Below, in pieces: positions 26,728-33,682 of a DNA stretch of 33,682 nt. A program made the position numbers and the translations under genes. This DNA is from Patescibacteria group bacterium. GTDB lineage: Bacteria; Patescibacteriota; Gracilibacteria; JAHISY01. The DNA is taken from assembly GCA_018817365.1 (NCBI GenBank), contig JAHISY010000035.1, forward strand, positions 1 to 33,682, in the 5' to 3' direction. Below the pieces are notes generated by a model. It was given only the letters and a program-made list of their open reading frames with translations, did not search any database and was not told the DNA's origin. Each line of letters begins with the position of its first letter. Within the stretch, counting starts at the first letter, position 1.

Positions 26728-28506
26728 ATGAGGTTTGCATCGATAGCTCGAAAATACCGCAAAATATTTTCAGCCGGATTGCTCGCTGCTACAATTCTCG
26801 CGGCAATCGGCTGCGTGGCTGCTGACCGCGAGGCTGAAGAAGGTTCCGCGGAGCAGGTTTATCTTCCGGAAGTTCGCACCGAAATCGTGCGATCCGGGAT
26901 TTCGCAAGAAATTGCCACAACCGGAGAAGTTCGCGCTGCAAAATCCGCCACGCTCACTGCCGAGATTCGCTCGGAAGTAAAAAAAGTTCTCGTGAAGGTC
27001 GGCGATGAAGTCTACGCTGGGCAGATTCTCGCGCAGCTGTCTTCCGACAGTGTGGCGAGCACTCGTTCGACTGCGGGCGCCGCTTTTGTGAATGCGCAAA
27101 GTTCTCTCGCCCAAACCGAGCTTTCCAGCGATCAAAGCATCGAATCCGCGCGAGTCGCTCTTCAAACTGCGGAAATTAATCTCGAAACCACGCTGAAACA
27201 AAATGAAGCATTGCTTCGGCAGGCGGAGGAAGTTTTAAACGCCGCGAAACTTTCTAGCGGACTGTCGGTTTCCGCTGCGGAAACCACGCTCGACAACGCG
27301 GTTCGTTCTGCGTATCCCGCAGCGAAAGACACAGTGGCGGAGTGCGATGAGATCGTCGGGGTTTCGTCGGCGTACGAAAGTTCAAATGACAGCTTCGAAC
27401 ATCTCATCGGCGCGCTGCAATCCAGCTCCAAACCGCTCGCGGAGGCGGCGATTCAAAACGCTTTGAATTTTCTGAATTATTCCGCCGACGATTACTCATC
27501 TGCGCTCGCGCTGCTCGAAGCCGCGGAGGGTGCTGCTGCGGCGACTTTGGATGTGCTCAACAATTCCATTACCGGTGCGGACTTCACGCAGACGACTTTG
27601 AATTCCGACATCGCCGCGATTACCGCCGAACTTTCATCCATCCGCTCCGCCATTTCTACCCTCGAATCCGCGCAATCCGCCCTCGAATCCGCGCAGCAAT
27701 CCACGGACGGCAATTCGCAAGCCGTGCTTTCCGCGCAAGCCGTTTACGCCGCCACGATCGCGCAGCTCGCTGCGAACGAAGAAGCGGCTCGCCGGTCAGT
27801 GGCAGCTACGCAAGCCGCTCTCGAATCCGCGTCGAAGTCTGCGGAATTGACCCGCACCTCCGCGAAGGCCTCGCTCAACGCGGTGGCGGGCAATTTGAGT
27901 CAAGCTCAGATTTCCCAATCGAAGCTCACCATCCGCGCTCCGTTTGCCGGCAAAATTACTTCAATCGAAGTCGAGCCGGGCGACGAGGCGGCAGCCGGCA
28001 GTAATCTCATTCGAATCGAAGATGCCTCGCTGCTCAAAATCGTCGCGTATCTTTCCGCTTCTGCGGTTCGGAAAATTCAGCCGGGCGACGAAGTCCGCAT
28101 CGCTACGAAAAGTTCCGATCGGATTTCCGCCATTTCCCCGTCTGCCGATCCAGCGACCAAAAAATTCACCGTCGAGATTCTCCATCAAAATCCGTATCTC
28201 CAACCGGGAGAATTCGTGAAACTCCGCTTCCAAATCGGCGAGCAGGATTCAGCTGACACGCGGATTTTTCTGCCGATTAATTCAATCAATATTCTTAGCT
28301 ACGGTAGCTTCGTGTGGAAGTTAACCCCCCAGTTAACTGAGGGGATAAACTCGAAAGCGGTGAAGCAAGCAGTCCAGCTTGGTGAGATTGAAGGTGAATT
28401 TGTCGAAATCACGGACGGGCTGGCGGTGGGTGAGGAGGTGATTATCGACGGCGGCAGGATTCTTGATGCGAGCGCGGAAGAGGTGGAGGTGGAAATTAAT
28501 AAATAA
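26728..28506 (+). CDS. RND efflux adaptor (membrane fusion protein) with very long coiled coil; probable lipoprotein
   Basis: Signal peptide ending AIG-C; lipoyl halves VxVGDxVxAGQxLA and IRAPFAGxI; LQPGEFV; VEITDGLxxGEEVI. Confidence 0.9.
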   Translation: MRFASIARKYRKIFSAGLLAATILAAIGCVAADREAEEGSAEQVYLPEVRTEIVRSGISQEIATTGEVRAAKSATLTAEIRSEVKKVLVKVGDEVYAGQILAQLSSDSVASTRSTAGAAFVNAQSSLAQTELSSDQSIESARVALQTAEINLETTLKQNEALLRQAEEVLNAAKLSSGLSVSAAETTLDNAVRSAYPAAKDTVAECDEIVGVSSAYESSNDSFEHLIGALQSSSKPLAEAAIQNALNFLNYSADDYSSALALLEAAEGAAAATLDVLNNSITGADFTQTTLNSDIAAITAELSSIRSAISTLESAQSALESAQQSTDGNSQAVLSAQAVYAATIAQLAANEEAARRSVAATQAALESASKSAELTRTSAKASLNAVAGNLSQAQISQSKLTIRAPFAGKITSIEVEPGDEAAAGSNLIRIEDASLLKIVAYLSASAVRKIQPGDEVRIATKSSDRISAISPSADPATKKFTVEILHQNPYLQPGEFVKLRFQIGEQDSADTRIFLPINSINILSYGSFVWKLTPQLTEGINSKAVKQAVQLGEIEGEFVEITDGLAVGEEVIIDGGRILDASAEEVEVEINK

Positions 28507-28680
28507 TAAGTAAGAAGTAAGAAGTAAAAAAATTTTCAATTTTCAATTTCTAATTTTCAAACAATTTTCAATATTTTAATTTCTCAATTTTCCAAACAGC
28601 TTCCGAATAAGTTTTGTTTAAAAAATTAAAAACATTGGAACATTAGAAATTGTTTAGAAATTTAAAATTAGAAATTTTTA
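28504..28680. repeat. TAAGAAG array plus a ~150-bp imperfect inverted repeat built from TTTTCAA/TTTCTAA heptamers
   Basis: Left arm aattttcaattttcaatttctaattttcaaacaatttt... is complementary to right arm ...attagaaattgtttagaaatttaaaattagaaatt. Confidence 0.8.
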
Positions 28681-28698
28681 TTAACCACCAACTATCTG

Positions 28699-31600
28699 AT
28701 GCACGCAACGGATGGAAAAGGCATCTCGAGTGTGAAGGATTCGTTTTGGGGGTTCTTTGTGAAAAATTGGAGAGTTGCTCTCCTCGTCCTCGCGCTTTTT
28801 GTGATTGGAGGGACGGCTTCGCTTTTTTCCCTCCCACTCGAATCTGATCCGGAAGTGAAAATTCCAATTGCAATCGTTTCGACGGGGTATCCTGGCGCGT
28901 CTCCCGCGGACATCGAAAAATTGATTACCGATCGAATCGAAGAGAAGCTCAAAAATCTTGACGATTTAGACAAGCTCACCTCTACTTCAAGCGAGGGGAT
29001 TTCTTCTATCACCGTCGAGTTCGATGCGCGCGCGGACTTGACCGAATCGATTCGCAATCTTCGCGATGAAGTTGATTCCGCGAAGTCCAATCTGCCAGAT
29101 GATGCGACCGATCCGATTGTCACTGAAATTTCCGTCTCGGACCAGCCAATCATCGCGGCTTCTCTGCTTTCGAATTTGCCGTCTTCCGAAATGAAAAAAT
29201 ACGGGGAGGATTTGCAAGACATTCTTGAGGGAATTCCGGGGGTGTCCGAAGCGAATCTTTTTGGTTTGGAAAATGAGGAGATGCAAGTTCTCGTGAATAT
29301 TCAAAAGTTAGAGGGCTACGGGCTTTCGCTTTCCGAGGTGGTGAGCGCGATTTCTCGCAATCATCTCGATTTCCCGATCGGCGCGCTGCTCACCGACGGG
29401 TTTTATTACACTGCCTCGCTGAAAGCGCAATTCAACTCTACAGAGGAGCTGCTCGAGTTGCCGGTCGCTTCTCGCGGTGGGCAGAATATTTATCTTCGTG
29501 ACATCGCGGAGGTGCGAGAAGTTTTCGCGGAAAAGGTCAGTTCGGCAAAAGTTTTTCGAATGGACGAGGGAGATTACCGCGATTCCGTTACGATTCAGAT
29601 CAAAAAGAAAACAGGTGCCAATATCGTGGAAGTGGCGGATACGGTGAAGGCGGAAGTTGCAAAATTCAAAGCGGAGCGGTTGCCGCCCGCGGTGGAAGTT
29701 TTGATTACGAATGATTGGAGCAAATTCGTGAGGCAAGACATTCGCATTCTCGGTCGGTCAGCGCTGCAAACAGTCGCGATTATTTTCGTCGTGCTCTTTC
29801 TCGCGCTCGGGAGGAAAGAAGCGATGATGGTGGGATTTTCAATTCCGCTAATTTTTCTGTTTGCGTTCATTGGTTTGAATCTTGCGGGAGAAACTTTGAA
29901 CGGCATCGTTTTGTTTTCCCTCATCCTTTCGCTCGGTTTGATTGTCGACACCTCAATCGTGATTATGGAGGGGATTTATGAGGGGGTAAAAGAAAAAGGA
30001 TTAAACGGTCGCGATGCCGTACTGCTTGCAATCCACACTTTCAAAGCGCCGTTGATCGCAGGCACGCTCACCACGATTTCAGTTTTCATCCCGATGATGC
30101 TGATGAGCGGAATCATGGGGGAATTTATCAAACACATTCCAATCACGGTAATCATCACATTGACGGCTTCGCTTTTCGTCGCGATTTTCATTCTTTCCGC
30201 GATTGCGGCGCGGGTGTTTCGCGATTACCAAAAGACTGAAAAGCGAGACAAGAAGCCGCTGTTCGAAAAATTCATCACCCCTCTGCGCGCGTGGTACGTT
30301 GCCAAAATTCGCGAGATTCTTCATTCCAAAAAAAAGCGGAGAGGAATCGTGGTCGGAATATTGCTCGCGTTTTTCGTCGCGCTCACTTTTCCTTTCATCG
30401 GAATTCTAAAAGTGCAGATGTTTCCTGCGGTCGATCTCGATTTTTTTATGCTTAATGTCGAGTTGCCGGTGGGGGCGACTCTCGAAGAAACTGAGCGCGT
30501 TACTGAAAAAGTCGAAAAATTGATTCCCGATTTGCCGGAGGTGGAAAATTTTGTTTCAATCATCGGAGGAGTCGGCACGAGTTTTGTGCTTCATTCGAGC
30601 GGTTTCGCTGCTACCAACAGAGCTCAAATTACCGTGAATCTCACCGAAATTGATTCCCGCAAGATTAAAAGCTACGAAATCGCCGGGATTCTCCGCGAAA
30701 AAGCGAGACCGATTACCGAAGCGAAGATTGAAGTCGAAGAGTTGTCTGCCGGACCGCCGAGCGGGGCGCCGGTCGAAATTCGGGTAAAAGGGGAGGATGT
30801 GAATCAACTCGAGCAGGTTGCGGAAATTCTTGTTCGCGAGCTGGAAAAAATCTCGGGTACGCGGGATGTGAGTTCGGATGTCGAGCACGGTACCGGAGAG
30901 TTTCACTTCAAATTAAAAAGAGATCGGCTGAATTTCTACGGCATCACGGCGGCGACGGTTGCCTCTGATCTCCGCACCGCGGTTTTTGGCAATAATTCCG
31001 TCAAAATTTTACGAAACGGGAAGGAAACGCCAATCGTCGTTTCGCTCGATTTTCGAAATGAAGAATGCCGGGAAGATAAATTCACGCAAGTTCTCGAAAA
31101 ACGTGATCGGCTTACGATCTGTCGAAATAACCCGAGTGACATCTCTCAAATTCGCAATCTTCTCGTTTCCACGCCAAAAGGGATGATCCCTGTTTCCGAG
31201 CTTGCCGAGATTGAGCTCCATCCCGCTATTACGATCATTCGCCACCGCGACACCGATACGGTAGTGAACGTTCACGCGTACGTCGAAGAGGGGGTTTTGC
31301 CTGCCGAGGTGATTCAGCAATTTCAAGAAAATTCCGCGAACTACGAATCTCAAATTCCCGATGGAGTTTCTCTCGAATTAGGTGGGGAGACCGAAGACAT
31401 CGCCGAATCATTCACTAGCCTCTTTCGCGTGATGGGAATCGGAATTTTTCTCATTGCGCTGATTCTTGTGCTGCAATTCAATTCTTTCCGCCAGCCTTTC
31501 ATCATTCTGTTCACGCTCCCACTGGCTTTGATCGGAGTGTTTTCGGGTTTGGCTCTCATTGGGAGGAATCTTTCGTTTCCCGGTTTTATCGGAATTGTCG

Positions 31601-31917
31601 CGCTCGCGGGAGTGGTGGTGAATGATGCGATTGTTCTTATTGACCGGATTAATAAAAACATCCAAGAGGGAATTCCCAAACTCGAAGCAATCATCCGCTC
31701 GGGCGGGGAGCGGCTGCAGCCGATTATTCTCACGACGATTACCACTTCGCTTGGAGTGCTGCCCCTCGCTTTCGCAAATGAATTGTGGGCTGATCTCGCA
31801 TGGAGTATCGCTTTTGGAATCACTTTCGCCACAATCCTCACGCTCGTGATTGTCCCGATTTTTTACAACGCGCTGGAAAGCGGGAAAGAGATTTCAGAAG
31901 TGGAGCATGAGGAATGA
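28699..31917 (+). CDS. RND efflux transporter permease (AcrB/MdtC-like family)
   Basis: 1072 aa; YPGASPADIE, STSSEGISSI, GANIVEV, GLIVDTSIV, VFIPM, LVLQFNS, GVVVNDAIV, RLQPIILTT. Confidence 0.95.
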   Translation: MHATDGKGISSVKDSFWGFFVKNWRVALLVLALFVIGGTASLFSLPLESDPEVKIPIAIVSTGYPGASPADIEKLITDRIEEKLKNLDDLDKLTSTSSEGISSITVEFDARADLTESIRNLRDEVDSAKSNLPDDATDPIVTEISVSDQPIIAASLLSNLPSSEMKKYGEDLQDILEGIPGVSEANLFGLENEEMQVLVNIQKLEGYGLSLSEVVSAISRNHLDFPIGALLTDGFYYTASLKAQFNSTEELLELPVASRGGQNIYLRDIAEVREVFAEKVSSAKVFRMDEGDYRDSVTIQIKKKTGANIVEVADTVKAEVAKFKAERLPPAVEVLITNDWSKFVRQDIRILGRSALQTVAIIFVVLFLALGRKEAMMVGFSIPLIFLFAFIGLNLAGETLNGIVLFSLILSLGLIVDTSIVIMEGIYEGVKEKGLNGRDAVLLAIHTFKAPLIAGTLTTISVFIPMMLMSGIMGEFIKHIPITVIITLTASLFVAIFILSAIAARVFRDYQKTEKRDKKPLFEKFITPLRAWYVAKIREILHSKKKRRGIVVGILLAFFVALTFPFIGILKVQMFPAVDLDFFMLNVELPVGATLEETERVTEKVEKLIPDLPEVENFVSIIGGVGTSFVLHSSGFAATNRAQITVNLTEIDSRKIKSYEIAGILREKARPITEAKIEVEELSAGPPSGAPVEIRVKGEDVNQLEQVAEILVRELEKISGTRDVSSDVEHGTGEFHFKLKRDRLNFYGITAATVASDLRTAVFGNNSVKILRNGKETPIVVSLDFRNEECREDKFTQVLEKRDRLTICRNNPSDISQIRNLLVSTPKGMIPVSELAEIELHPAITIIRHRDTDTVVNVHAYVEEGVLPAEVIQQFQENSANYESQIPDGVSLELGGETEDIAESFTSLFRVMGIGIFLIALILVLQFNSFRQPFIILFTLPLALIGVFSGLALIGRNLSFPGFIGIVALAGVVVNDAIVLIDRINKNIQEGIPKLEAIIRSGGERLQPIILTTITTSLGVLPLAFANELWADLAWSIAFGITFATILTLVIVPIFYNALESGKEISEVEHEE

Positions 31918-32008
31918 TCAATTTTCAATTTCTGATTTTCCAAATAATCTTCAAGCTTCGCTTCAATGTTCTAAAAAAAATTCCAATTCCACCTTCCACT
32001 ATCCATCC

Positions 32009-32770
32009 TCAGCGGATCACCGTCCCCGGGTTCTCGCCTTTCAAAACAATCTTCGAAAGCACATCTCGCACATTCCCATCCGCGATGAAAGTCTCGCACT
32101 CCGAAATTTTCGCGGCTTCGAGTTTTGTCCGCATCCCGCCGTGACCGTTCGCGCTCGCTTCTCCTGCCGCGGCGAAATGTTTTTTCAAATTCCGCTTGTC
32201 TGCCGACTTCACGAGTTTCGCCTTCGAATTTTCGTGAGGATCTTCCTCGAATAAACCCTCCACATCTGTCAGTAAAATTAAAGAATCCGCGCCGATCAGA
32301 TTTGATACTTTCGCAGCCAATCGATCGTTCGCCATGTATTTCAATTCATCCGTCGCCGTTACGTCATTTTCATTCACGATTGGCAAAACTTTTTTTGAGA
32401 GTAAAAGCTTCAGCGAGTTGTGAGTATTTTGCAATGTTTCGAGATTCTCGAAATCGTGCGGTGTCAGTAAAATCTGCGCGATCGTGATCCCGCACCCCAG
32501 CGTGAAGGCTTTGTAATATTTCTGCATCAAATTACTCTGTCCCACCGCCGCGAGGGCTTGCTTTTCGTGGAGCGTCTCGCTATCCGTTCGCTTGATTTTC
32601 AATTCCCCCCGCCCCGCCGCCACTGCTCCGCTCGTGACGATCAGCGCCTCTTTTTTGTTCATAAAAAGCTTTTTCACCTCGCGCGCGATTTTTTCAATAA
32701 AATCAGTGTTGAGGCTGCCGTCCTCGCGGGTGAGGAGATTCGTGCCGATCTTGATGACGATTCGTTCCAA
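32009..32770 (-). CDS. proB: Glutamate 5-kinase, short form without PUA domain
   Basis: VIKIGT, VTSGAVAAG, KQALAAVGQ, PIVNENDV, NDRLAA, LLTDVEGL, GGMRTKL; TTG start. Confidence 0.93.
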   Translation of the reverse strand: MERIVIKIGTNLLTREDGSLNTDFIEKIAREVKKLFMNKKEALIVTSGAVAAGRGELKIKRTDSETLHEKQALAAVGQSNLMQKYYKAFTLGCGITIAQILLTPHDFENLETLQNTHNSLKLLLSKKVLPIVNENDVTATDELKYMANDRLAAKVSNLIGADSLILLTDVEGLFEEDPHENSKAKLVKSADKRNLKKHFAAAGEASANGHGGMRTKLEAAKISECETFIADGNVRDVLSKIVLKGENPGTVIR

Positions 32771-32797
32771 AGTAAGAAGTAAAAAGTAAGAAGTAAA
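32770..32797. repeat. Heptamer array (aagtaag aagtaaa)x2
   Basis: Direct reading; same unit as 28504-28531. Confidence 0.75.
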
Positions 32798-32840
32798 AAC
32801 ATTTTACTCGAAGTTGGCTTTTTCGTGTTATTATTTTTGA

Positions 32841-33682
<842 letters not shown>

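Overview
Bacterial chromosomal window, mostly housekeeping genes in scattered, non-canonical order: gyrB, lspA, glyA, hom, a transketolase C-terminal subunit, gap, recJ, lysS, tRNA-Arg(GCG), an RND efflux pair, proB and a partial eno. Accessory content includes an ATP-grasp/RimK/N-formylglutamate amidohydrolase/GT2 cluster, a VapBC-like pair, a DUF6998-like nuclease, an ABC-permease remnant and several orphans. The near-absence of Shine-Dalgarno sites, the fragmented operons and the repeat types suggest a Patescibacteria (CPR, possibly Peregrinibacteria-like) genome; this is inference. TGA acts as stop (code 11). Most notable: (1) an unannotated ~150-nt structured RNA candidate on the minus strand (5812-5660) with its own sigma70 promoter, a closing stem, two cUUCGg hairpins and a terminator; (2) a 1070-aa ATP-dependent PEP carboxykinase-like protein, about twice normal length, convergent with a GapB-type (NADP-signature) GAPDH; (3) 7- and 9-nt-period repeat arrays and small palindromes at most gene junctions, nested in each other and inserted in frame in eno, recJ and the RND adaptor; (4) repeated leaderless-type promoter/start architecture and a TTAA(C/T)C motif in place of SD. 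No CRISPR array, integrase, transposase or reverse transcriptase was seen. All calls are by-eye motif recognition; no searches were run.
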